Assembly (NCBI GenBank): GCA_964016885.1
Contig: OZ024743.1
Coordinates: 343,914,001-343,978,000, forward strand
Direction of reading: 5' to 3'
Origin: Eledone cirrhosa
Taxonomy: Eukaryota
DNA length: 64,000 nucleotides
Shown here: one piece after another, positions 38,982 through 49,811 of the stretch
Layout of the letters: every line of letters begins with the position of its first letter
Numbering within the stretch: position 1 is the stretch's first letter
Translations under genes and position numbers: made by a program
Notes under the pieces: model-generated
The model's input: only the letters and a program-made list of their open reading frames with translations
What the model was told of the DNA's origin: nothing
Databases searched by the model: none

Positions 38982-39152
38982 TACCGTATTTCCCGGTGTC
39001 GAAGACGCTACTTTTCCCCTAAAATAAGTCTAAAAAATCTACCATGCATCCTGGAGGCCGAAGGCTGTTTATTATTTTTTTTCAAATTTTTGTTGTCAAA
39101 ATTAGGGTGCGTCCTCGAGGACGAAGCGTCTTTGGCGTCGGGAAATACGGTA
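38982..39152. mobile_element. Tc1/mariner (pogo/Tigger-like) MITE, ~170 bp
   Basis: TIRs TACCGTATTTCCCG / CGGGAAATACGGTA extending imperfectly to about 27 bp; TA ends. Confidence 0.82.
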
Positions 39153-39194
39153 ATTATATATATATACGAAAAATAATGATTTAAACACAACAAC

Positions 39195-39381
39195 ATATTT
39201 GGGAGAGGGACAAGTCGACTAAATCGACACTAGTGCATTAGTGGTACTTTATTTTATAGACCCCTTAAGGATGAAAGGCAAAGCTAACTTCTGCGAGATT
39301 TGAACTCAGATCGTAAAGGGCATAACTGTATCCCACAGAGCATCTTGTCCAATGCTCTACCGATACTGCCAATCTGCCGCC
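39195..39381 (-). mobile_element. SINE family A (long variant)
   Basis: Matches the family consensus. Confidence 0.85.
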
Positions 39382-39468
39382 CTATATATATTGGAAAAAT
39401 AGGGATTTGTTGAAGATGCCCCCTATGTAAGTATGTATGTATGTACGCTGTAAGTATGTATATATGCT

Positions 39469-39778
39469 TGTGGTTATGGAATTCGGTTCACGATGATCGT
39501 AAAGCCGTGAGTTCGATTCCCGGTGGCACGTTCTGTCCTTGATCAAGACACTTTATTTCATGTTGTTCCAGTTCACTCAGCTGACAAAAATGAGTTGTAC
39601 CTGTAATTCGAAGGGCCATCCTTGTCACATTCTGTGTCAGGTCGAATCTCCCTGAGAACTACGTTGAGGGTACGTGTGTTTGTGGAATGCTCAGCCACTT
39701 GCACGTTAATTTTACTAGCAGGATGTTCCGTTGATCGGATCAACTGGAACACTCGTCGTTGTAACCGACGGAGTGTCC
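39469..39778 (+). mobile_element. SINE family B-related
   Basis: GAGTTCGATTCCCGG...CTTGATCAAGACACTTTATTTCA...CCAGTTCACTCAGCTG. Confidence 0.78.
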
Positions 39779-39870
39779 TCCATTGACACATGTATGTATG
39801 TATGTATGTATGTATGTATGTATGTATGTATGTATGTATGTATGTATGTATGTATGTATGTATGTATGTC

Positions 39871-40903
39871 GGGTCACTCTTGAGTGCTGCTGGTAAACAT
39901 GTAACCCAGTACAACCTGTCACATGGCGGGTCGTCGGCGACTAAACCGGCAACCCGACCAAGTTTACTTGGTGTGGAGGGTGATTTTGGACACACTGCAG
40001 GTCAAAACATAAAACCGGACAAAGGGCGGAAGAACTCATAAAAGTCAAGGGCCATCCAAAAATGTGTAAAGATGTATATACATGTGTATATATGTATATA
40101 TGTATATACATGCATACATGTGTATATATATGCGCGGGGGCATAGACATAATCAGGCTGGATACCCGATCGCTCGGTTAAACCAGTGGGAGTGAAGGACC
40201 CCTAACCTTTGTCAAGGCATTCTTCTAGAAGAAGGCAATTCAGGAAACTGGGATGACTCCGACATAAAACCTGCAGCTCAATAGTTACCGATGATGTTGA
40301 TCTTTTCTTCTTTTCGGATTATAGCTATGATGTTGATCTTTTCTTCTTTTCGGATTATAGCTATGTATGTATGTGGGTCACTCTTGAGTGCTACTGGTAA
40401 CATGTAACCCAGTATAACCTGTCGTATGGTCGGGTTGTCGGCGACTAAACCGGCAACCACACCAAGTTTACTTGGTGAGGAGGGTGATTTTGGACACCCG
40501 ACAGGACAAAAAACAAAACCTGACAAAAGGCGGAAGAACTCATAAGAGTCAACGGCCATCCAAAAGTGTGTAAATATGTACCGCGCGGGGAAACCCCTGG
40601 GAGTGAAGGACTCCTAGCCTTTGTCAGGGCATTCTTCTATTCTTCTAGGAGAAGGCAACTCAGGAAACTGGGATAACTCCGATATAAAACCTGCGGCTCA
40701 GTAGATTATCGATGATGTTGATCTTTTCTTCTTTTCGGGTTATAGCTACTGTCGCTCAGAGAGTGGGATTGGCTCAGTACACAGTCTTTCCTCACTTTAA
40801 AAAATATCTTCACGTACAGGCATTGCACGATAGCATTAATTAATAATTATTAATAATGGTATATCGTGCAATGGCCATACTCGATAACGAGGGGGCAGCC
40901 ATC
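39871..40903 (+). mobile_element. Two tandem copies of family R (39871-40362 truncated; 40375-40903 complete)
   Basis: Both start GGGTCACTCTTGAGTGCT after (TATG)n; both contain CTAG.AGAAGGCAA.TC, similar to RTE 5' UTRs; the second ends GCAGCCATC(ATGT)n. Confidence 0.8.
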
Positions 40904-41339
40904 ATGTATGTATGTATGTATGTATGTATGTATGTATGTATGTATGTATGTATGTATGTATGTATGTATGTAGGTAGGTATGTATGTATGTATGTGGTAC
41001 GAAGACCAGAAAGAACATAAATCAGAATAGCAATCGATGCATGGAGAGATGAGGAGTGGGTATATTAATGAGGTAGAGACTCTACCGCGAGCTCGAGCAG
41101 TTTCAGCTTGTTACCTCGTGTGTGATTGTGTGTACACTCTGGCGTTCTTCTACTTATTTTAAAGTGTTGTACCGGCGTGTTTGTTTTCATATTTCATCTT
41201 AATTAAGACACTTCGATATCATTAAATGGGAATTTTAAGCGAAAGAAGCCTAATAAGGTTAGCTTGAAATACCTCAGGCATTAATGTGTGTTTAAGGTTT
41301 AGTAATACGATGACCATCCCGACCTCTTCATCCATATAA

Positions 41340-41830
41340 TATTGATAATGATAATGATGGTGATAATTGAAGTGATATATATGATGACGCTGATGGTATT
41401 AATGTGATGATGATGATGCTGATGATGATGATGAGGAGGAGGCGGAGGAGGCGGAGGTTGATCTTATTAATTATGTATTGATGATGGTGACATTCATGAC
41501 GATGGTGCCAATGAGGATAATGATGATTACGATGATGATGATGACAATGATGACGATGATGATGATGACGATGATGATGATGACAATGATGACGATGATG
41601 ATGACGATGATGATGATGACGATGATAATAAGTGTGATGAGAATGAGCATGACGATGCTGAGGTCGATATTGAGCATATTGATGATGATAACGATGAGGA
41701 TAACACACGAGGTTGATTATGATGATGTTGACGTTGACGTTGATGTTGATGTTCATCATTATGTTGCTAATGACAATGATGATGATGATGATTATGTAGA
41801 TGATGATGATGATGTAAATTATAGTGGTGA
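41340..41830. repeat. (GAT)n-rich degenerate microsatellite
   Basis: Directly visible. Confidence 0.9.
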
Positions 41831-41949
41831 TGTATGCCGCTGACAAGGATTGTGATAATTTATTACACTGGCCAGATGTCACCAGGTTATATGTAGGAGC
41901 TATTGACGACTCACACGATTAGCAGCATTACACTGATATTCTTGTTTAC

Positions 41950-41993
41950 ACCCCCCCCCCCCACACACACATACGCGCAAACATACACACACA

Positions 41994-42028
<35 letters not shown>

Positions 42029-42048
42029 GCGCAAACATACACACACAC

Positions 42049-42135
<87 letters not shown>

Positions 42136-42198
42136 TACGCGCAAACATACACACACACACACACATACACACACACACACAAACACACACGCACGCAA

Positions 42199-42240
<42 letters not shown>

Positions 42241-42666
42241 ACGCACGCAAACACATACACACACACACACGCAAACACATACACATACGCGCAAACATAT
42301 ACACACACATACACACAAACACACGCATGCAAACACATACACATACGCGCAAACATATACACACACATACACACAAACACGCAAACACATACACATACGC
42401 GCAAACATACACACACACACACACACACACACATACACACACAAACACACGCAACCACATATACATACGCGCAAACATATACACACACACACACACACAA
42501 GCACACGCACGCAAACACATACACATACGCGCAAACATATACACACATACGCACACACATACACACACACACGCACGCACGCAAACACATACACATACGC
42601 GCAAACATATATATACACACACACACACACAAACAAACACACGCAAACACATACACATACGCGCAA

Positions 42667-42703
<37 letters not shown>

Positions 42704-42798
42704 AACAAACGCAAACACATACACATACGCGCAAACATATACACACACACACACACACAAACAAACAAACACACGCAAACACATACATATACGCGCAA

Positions 42799-42833
<35 letters not shown>

Positions 42834-44506
42834 AACACATGCAAACACATACACATACGCGCAAACATATACACACACACACATACACAAACACACGCAA
42901 GCATATAAACATACGCACCAACATATATACACACACACGCAAGCACATACACGTACGCGCAAACATATACACACACACGCAAGCACATGCACATACGCGC
43001 AAACATACACACACACACAAACACACGCAAGCACATACACATACGCGCAAACATACACACACACACACACACATACACACACAAACACACGCAAGCATAT
43101 ACACATACGCGCAAACATACACACAAACACAGAAACACACGCACGCACATACACGTACGCGCAAACATATACACACACACACACACACACGCAAGCAAAT
43201 ACACATACGCGCAAACATATACACACACATACAAACACACGCAAGCATATAAACATATGCGCAAACATACACACAGACACACACACTCACGCACGTACAT
43301 ACACGCACGCGCAAACATATATACACACACAAACAACCGTAAACACATACACATACGCGCAAACATACACACACACACACAAACACACGCAAGCACATAC
43401 ACGTACGCGCAAACATATACACACACACACAAACACACGCAAGCACATACACGTACGCGCAAACATACACAAACACACAAACAAGCGCAAGCACATACAC
43501 ACACGCGCAAACATATACACACACCCAAACACACACACACAAACACACGCAAGCACATACACATACGCGCAGACACATACACACACACAAACACATGCAA
43601 GCACATACGCATACGCGCAAACACACACACACACACAAACACACGCAAGCACATACACATACGCGCAAACATACACACACACACACACAAACACACGCAA
43701 GCACATACACATACGCGCAAACATATATACACACATACACATACGCGCAAACATATATACTCACACACACAAACACACACAAGCACATACACATACGCGC
43801 AAACATACACACACACACACAGAAATACACGCAAGCACATACACGTACGCGCAAACATATACACACACACACACACAAACACACGCAATCACATACACAT
43901 ACGCACAAACATATATACACACACACAAACACACGCAAGCACATACACATATGCGCAAACACATATACACACACATACACACACAAACACACGCAAGCAC
44001 ATACAGATACGTGCAAACATACACACACGCACACACACACACACAAACACACGCCCGCACATACACATACACGCAAGCATATACACACCCACACATACAA
44101 ACACACGCAAGCATATACACGTACGCGCAAACATATACACACACACACAAACACACGCAAGCACATACATATACGCGTAAACATATACACACACACAAAC
44201 ACACGCAAGCACATACACATACGCGCAAACATATATACACACACGCAAGCACATACACATACGCGCAAACATATACTCACACAGAAACACCCGCAAGCAC
44301 ATACACATACGCGCAAACATATACACACACAGAAACACACGCAAGTACATACACATACACGCAAACATATATACACACACAAACACATGCAAGCACATAC
44401 AGATACGCGCAAACATACACACACACACACACACAAACACACGCAAGCACACGCACACACGGGCAAACACATAAACATACGCGCAAACATATACACACAC
44501 ACACGT
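41950..44506. repeat. CA-derived minisatellite, ~40-55-bp variable unit with core CATACGCGCAAACAT
   Basis: The core recurs dozens of times, separated by variable (CA)n. Confidence 0.92.
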
Positions 44507-44530
44507 AAACGTCCCCGTATATATATATAT

Positions 44531-45435
44531 ATTTACGGTGTTATTGGGGTATTCTAATAGAGATCCTGGTAAAGATGAGAAAAGCTCGATGCTATCCAGT
44601 TTCCTTGATACAGCATTTTATCCGAAATTGGCTAAGGACTTTCTCAGCTGTTCGAGATTCTGTTTTAGACAGTTAGGCTGCAGGCTGCAGAGCTCATAAA
44701 TTATATACATATCAAAATGTGTGTATATATATATAACGCACATGGTTCCCGAACTTAGCGTGTCGCGCATACTTCCGCCACTAAAAATAGCAGCCGGGTC
44801 TACACGACATTTGAAATAGCTCTACGAATTAACGGAGCCGAATATATCAAAAGCATGTATTGAGTTAGAAACTCAAAATAGTCTCATTACAGTAAATTAG
44901 CTCTAGGAAAAAGATTTTTCCGATCCGTATATAACTGAACAAAAAGGAAAAAGGAAAAACGAACACAGACACATATATATATATATGTGTTCAAATCGTA
45001 ATGGACTATTTCAAATGTCGTGTAGACCAGGCTGCTATTTTTAGTGGCGTAAGTATGTGCGACACGCTAAGTTCGGGAACCATGTGCGTTATATATATAC
45101 ACACATTTTCCAGTTTTCTATTTGACTCTAAATGAGGAGGATACTAATTTCATCACCCACTGATGAGCCTGGAATTTGGTATATCTCTTCGCAAATAATA
45201 TTGCGAAACGGTTCTATCAAAGACCGTCTGGGTGATGGTAGTTACCACAATACTGGTTTGTATTTATTTTTCTTAATTTATTTTTCTTAATTTATTCTTA
45301 AATTGAGTCTAGCAAACCCTATTAGTTAGTATTTTTTTTTTTTTTTTCACCTTAGCGATTTTGGTCCATTACGATTTCAACACATATATATATATGTCTG
45401 TGTTCGTTTTTCCTTTTTGTTCAGTTATATATACA
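44531..45435 (+). mobile_element. PLE-like element (family P10) with interleaved inverted repeats
   Basis: 44715-44819 pairs with 45006-45108, and 44928-45006 pairs with 45364-45433; TA flanks; contains an HHR. Confidence 0.7.
45151..45237 (+). ncRNA. Extended type I hammerhead ribozyme
   Basis: CATCACCCA-CTGATGA-GC...GC-GAAA-CGGT-loop-ACCG-TC-TGGGTGATG: 9-bp stem I, 5-bp stem III, canonical GUC cleavage after 45228. Confidence 0.85.
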
Positions 45436-45451
45436 TACATATATATATATA

Positions 45452-45648
45452 AGTAAGTGTGTTTTGAAAGAGCTAGCGAGTTTGAATTAGAAATAGAAGC
45501 TTTCGCCGTATTTATTGACTAAAGAAATTTTAGCCTGATAGTGGGGTTTAGAACCCTCTAAGAAATGGAAAAATGATGAGTATTGACGTACATGGGAGTC
45601 GAACACACGTCTTTGGTTATCCTGACCCCTGTGCTCCCATTACACCAA
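45452..45648 (-). mobile_element. tRNA-like SINE remnant with two B-box-like motifs
   Basis: Minus strand: TGGTGTAATGGGAGCA...GTTCGACTCC, then GGGTTCTAAACCC. Confidence 0.5.

Positions 45649-45696
<48 letters not shown>
45648..45696. repeat. (TATC)n, left part of the LINE target site
   Basis: Directly visible. Confidence 0.95.
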
Positions 45697-45697
<1 letters not shown>

Positions 45698-47547
45698 GCT
45701 ATGCACAGCAGCCGCATCTGCTCTAGGGTCAAGGTGAACGGCTACCTCTCGGAGCCGTCCAAAATCGCGCGGTCCATCCGACAAGGGTGCCCTCTCTCCT
45801 CCCTTCTGTATGTGTTGACTCTCGAGCCACTACTGCGGAAGTTGGAGTTGTTGCAGGGCATCCCTTTGGAACCGGGATTGCGGAAAGCGGTGTCGGCCTA
45901 CGCCGATGACGTGACAGTAATGGTGTCGACGGCCTCCGAAATCGAGGCGGTCGGCACCTTACTGGAAGAGTACGAAAAGTTCACAGGGGCTAAGCTGAAC
46001 CGGGACAAGTCGATCGGTTTGCAACTCGGCACGCGGAGGGGCAGACCGATGCCCTCCGATGGCGTCGTCGGACGCTGGACGGAGGGCCCGGTGAAGTTGC
46101 TCGGGGTCTGGTTCGGACCGGACATCCAGGTGGAGAAAAACTGGGCGGAGGTTACGAACAGGGTGTTTGCACTGACCCAGAAGTGGGCCAGTTGCAAACT
46201 ATCCCTGAAAGGTCGGGCGGAGGTGGCGAACACCTACATAGCGTCCGTCATCTACTACCGCCTGACCGTAGTGCCCTGCCCAAGGGAAACCCTCACCAAG
46301 ATGGAGCGCGCGCTCTTCCAATTCCTTTGGAAGAGGCGGGCTCCTATGGTGAGGAGATCCATCTGCTGTCAACACCCTTCGAAAGGAGGGCTGGGGATGC
46401 CGTGGCTAATGATGCGTAAACACGCATTAAGGCTACGGCACCTCTACGTATTCCTCACCGGACAACCGGTGTGGGCCTCGTTTGTGAGACGAACCTTTCC
46501 CAGACTCGTCTCACTCACCGAGCTGCAATCCTGGGTCAAGCAAAGACCGAGAAAACTGGGCGCCTGGCACACTGAGTGTGCCCAGGCGCTCACCGCCCTC
46601 TGGCAGGCGGATCCGGTTATCAGTGGAGACTCCACCGCAACATTCTATAGAGGGCTGGTACGCAGCAGGTGCGACGACGCCCTCGGAGAAGCCCTAGACA
46701 TGGAGGAGGACGAACTGGCCAGCCTGTTCGGTAGGACATTCAGCCCGGGACCTATGGACAACTTCCAGAAGTCCCTGGCCTGGCAGTGCTACCGAGGGGC
46801 TTTACCCGTTCGAGAAAGGCTCTACAGACACGGGCGCCCGGGTAGGGACCCCGCCAAAAAAATCTGTCCCAGATGCGTGTGCGACGAGGAAACCGTTGCA
46901 CACGCATTGGTACACTGCTCGGGCGTAGCCGATCTGTGGGGCTATGTCGAACAACTGCTGTCAAGGCTGGGACCGATCCGGTTGACCACCGAGTCTATAG
47001 TAATGATCAAGCCGCCTCCCCCCTTCAAAGATGAAGCAGAGGCGGTGTTTCTGTGCGTAATAGCCATGGCGAAAGAGGTTGTATGGTGGACGCGTCTGAA
47101 AGGACTGAGGTCAGGCACCTTTCTCTCTGGCCAACAACTGGTCCGTTTCTTCCGATATCATTTCGGAAGAAGGATCAGGATGGAGAGAGAGGTGCTGCAC
47201 CCCAGCGGTTTCTATGAAAGATGGGTGAAAGTGGCGAGAATGGCCCGTGTGAATGGGCCTTCACTCTACATCAGACTATAGGTGAGGAAGATGAAAGACC
47301 AAGGGTGCACCCCTTCTCTGTGCTCCTGAGGAGAAGGGTTGCACACTTTTTTTTTCGGGGGTGTGTGCGACCCCCCAAGGCGCCTCCTCTCTATTGAGGA
47401 TTTTGTTAAAAATTTTATTTTTTGTTATATCTTATTTTATTTTTATATTTTGTTATTGCCTCCTCCTTATTGAGGACGCCTTTTTGTGTAAACTCCCCCC
47501 TTTGTACTTGTCCCACTTTTGATGCCCTAGTGGCAAATAAAAGAAAC
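45697..47547 (+). mobile_element. 5'-truncated L1/Tx1-clade LINE
   Basis: Open ORF2 3' half, 3' UTR ending AATAAAAGAAAC, (TATC)n on both sides. Confidence 0.93.
45701..47281 (+). CDS. Tx1 ORF2 C-terminal half (RT domain plus CCHC zinc finger), uninterrupted
   Basis: IRQGCPLS, AYADD, LLGVWF, GGLG and CPRC..DEETVAHALVHC. Confidence 0.88.
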   Translation: MHSSRICSRVKVNGYLSEPSKIARSIRQGCPLSSLLYVLTLEPLLRKLELLQGIPLEPGLRKAVSAYADDVTVMVSTASEIEAVGTLLEEYEKFTGAKLNRDKSIGLQLGTRRGRPMPSDGVVGRWTEGPVKLLGVWFGPDIQVEKNWAEVTNRVFALTQKWASCKLSLKGRAEVANTYIASVIYYRLTVVPCPRETLTKMERALFQFLWKRRAPMVRRSICCQHPSKGGLGMPWLMMRKHALRLRHLYVFLTGQPVWASFVRRTFPRLVSLTELQSWVKQRPRKLGAWHTECAQALTALWQADPVISGDSTATFYRGLVRSRCDDALGEALDMEEDELASLFGRTFSPGPMDNFQKSLAWQCYRGALPVRERLYRHGRPGRDPAKKICPRCVCDEETVAHALVHCSGVADLWGYVEQLLSRLGPIRLTTESIVMIKPPPPFKDEAEAVFLCVIAMAKEVVWWTRLKGLRSGTFLSGQQLVRFFRYHFGRRIRMEREVLHPSGFYERWVKVARMARVNGPSLYIRL

Positions 47548-47548
47548 A

Positions 47549-47638
<90 letters not shown>
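47548..47638. repeat. (TATC)n between the two LINEs
   Basis: Directly visible. Confidence 0.95.
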
Positions 47639-47877
47639 CGCCCATAATCTAGCTGTCGTCTGTTCTACAGTGTGGATGTAATTCACTTCGCGCAGAAGTT
47701 TTGTTCAAATTTATTGAGGAAATTTTGTGAGTCCAAACTTAATTTTGATACAATTGTGTAGCTTGACCCCCCGTCTGAACTGTCAGGCGGTGGGTCAGCT
47801 CATCTTTACCCCTCCTAGAGGTGAAAAACCTGTTTTAAAAAATTTTGTGGCAAAAAAATTTCAATCGTCTAACAGAA

Positions 47878-49811
47878 ATGTTAAACGCAGCAAACGAAAA
47901 TAGTGGTGGGGGGACAGCGGTAAGAGTTGTAAGCTCGCACGCTTTAGTCCCCCCTTCCTTCCCAACTAACGTCATAGAGAAGGAAGGAAAAATTAAAATA
48001 AAAACAGACGAATCTGCGGAGAAAAAAAATGACGAAAACACAAATCTGGACATGGATTCCAACAACGAAAAAAAAAAAAATTTGAAAAATTGCATGACAA
48101 TACTAATAACACAAACAAAGACACAACAAACACAAAAATAACATTTGAAAATAACACCATAACAGAAAGCAAAGCAGACGACAAGATTTCATTTGCACAG
48201 AAAACAAAGAAATCTTTGACTTATATACCGGAAAATATTTCAGATGTGGCACGAAGGATCACAGACGCCAAACAATACATAAGTGAAGGAGAGAATGGTA
48301 TTTTATCGGTAAAAATGCCTCAAGAATTCACCAAAGACATTGAAAGCCGAACGGTCAAGTTTCGGACCATCAACAATAGTACAAAAAAACCTGAACAGCC
48401 TTCTCAAGCAGATATCAAAACAGTACTTAATGAAACCACTTTCATAAGAAAAGACAGACTGTATGGAAGCCTAGCAATTATCATGAAGAACGAATCGGCG
48501 GCAAAAAAATGTGCTTTGTCACCGATTCGTTCGAAAATTTTTACCTTTTATCCATCTTATATGGGTAAAAGAACTCAACGCATATGGCTGGATGCAATGA
48601 TGCCAGATGTGGACTACTGCTGGCTCATAGCTGGCTTCATCGATCCAGTGAATGACAACGTGATTTCCATTGGGAAAACCACAGGCAATGCGTTCAGTGG
48701 AACAGGTATAGAGCTGGTAGTGCAAATGAAGCCTGAACGCATCGCCCAAATACCCGACAGAATCCTATTAGAGGACCACGGGTATATAAACATTAGCGTG
48801 GAGGGGAGAAGGCCGTCCTGCCATATCTGTGCAGGCAGAGGGCACCTGAAGGCCGCTTGTCCCCAACTCAACAAAAAGAAAACCCTGCTACCAACACCAG
48901 CTCCACCACCACCACAACAACAGATAAACAAACAACAAAACTCAGTCCCACCCAACCCGTCCCTCAGTAAAACCACACCACTACCACAACACAAACAGTC
49001 ACAACACATTACCCCAAAACAAAATACAGGCCCACCCAACCTCTCACTCAATAAAACAACACAACCACCGCAGACACAACACACAACACAGTCTAACATA
49101 GTGACATCCATCTCCCCCACAAAGAAAACCAACACGGAAACATTACCAGCAAACATACCTCTTCTCTCCAACACTGAAGATAACCCAACGAATTCGGAGG
49201 AAGAAACGGAGTCCTTCAGACAGATTAAAAGGAAAAAAAGAAAACATGTGCAAAACACACAAGGCCAAACAACCCCCACCCAAATCTCATCACAATCCAA
49301 CAAAACAGAAAACACCCCTCCAGCAACAAACAAAACCAAACCTGCCCCTCCCCTCTTCGAAACACTCACACCATCCGAAAAAAAGACATTACACTATACT
49401 TACATCAACAGAAACAATAATAAATTAAATGAACTCATATACAATAATCCTTCGGTACAAACCGAAGGTGTAAACTTTGTTTCTTCAGAAAACTACCCAC
49501 ATTTAAAATTAATAAAGATCCCAATGAACCTCTACCAAAAACTAAAAAAGGATTTTAAGGAGGACGTAGGACCACCCTCTGTCAAACCCATAAACCGCGT
49601 CCTACTAAAAAGCTTTCCCCCTCCCCTTCCCCTCCCCAACACAACTCCAAACACCCCAACCCCACCACACACTGACGACCCCACACCACCACAAGACACC
49701 CCTTCACCCAACACCCCGACCCCATGGAAGTCGTGCAACCCGAACCCCGGGAAGCGGAAAGGTAGGTCTCTACACTCTCCTTTGGCTCTGCCGCCCACAT
49801 GGATGTGTTAA
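47878..49811 (+). CDS. Tx1 ORF1 (gag-like, single zinc knuckle); probable frameshift in an A13 run at 48068-48080
   Basis: CHICAGRGHLKAAC (CX2CX4HX4C) after ISVEGRRPS, then a Pro/Thr/Gln-rich tail; the long frame has no ATG near its start, and an upstream ATG lies at 47878. Confidence 0.85.

Noticed and set aside
39871-39956. HDV-like ribozyme at the family R 5' end
   Set aside because: P1-like and P2-like pairings and CUAA exist, but the P3/L3 segment is only ~6 nt and the P1.1 GG is absent; simple hairpins explain the sequence better.
41900-44557. Very long ORFs (up to 863 aa) rich in Cys/Val or His/Thr
   Set aside because: Open in multiple frames on both strands because the CA-derived minisatellite lacks stop codons.
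45582-45648. Genuine tRNA gene
   Set aside because: A and B boxes are present, but there is no acceptor stem or complete cloverleaf; the same applies to the other SINE heads.
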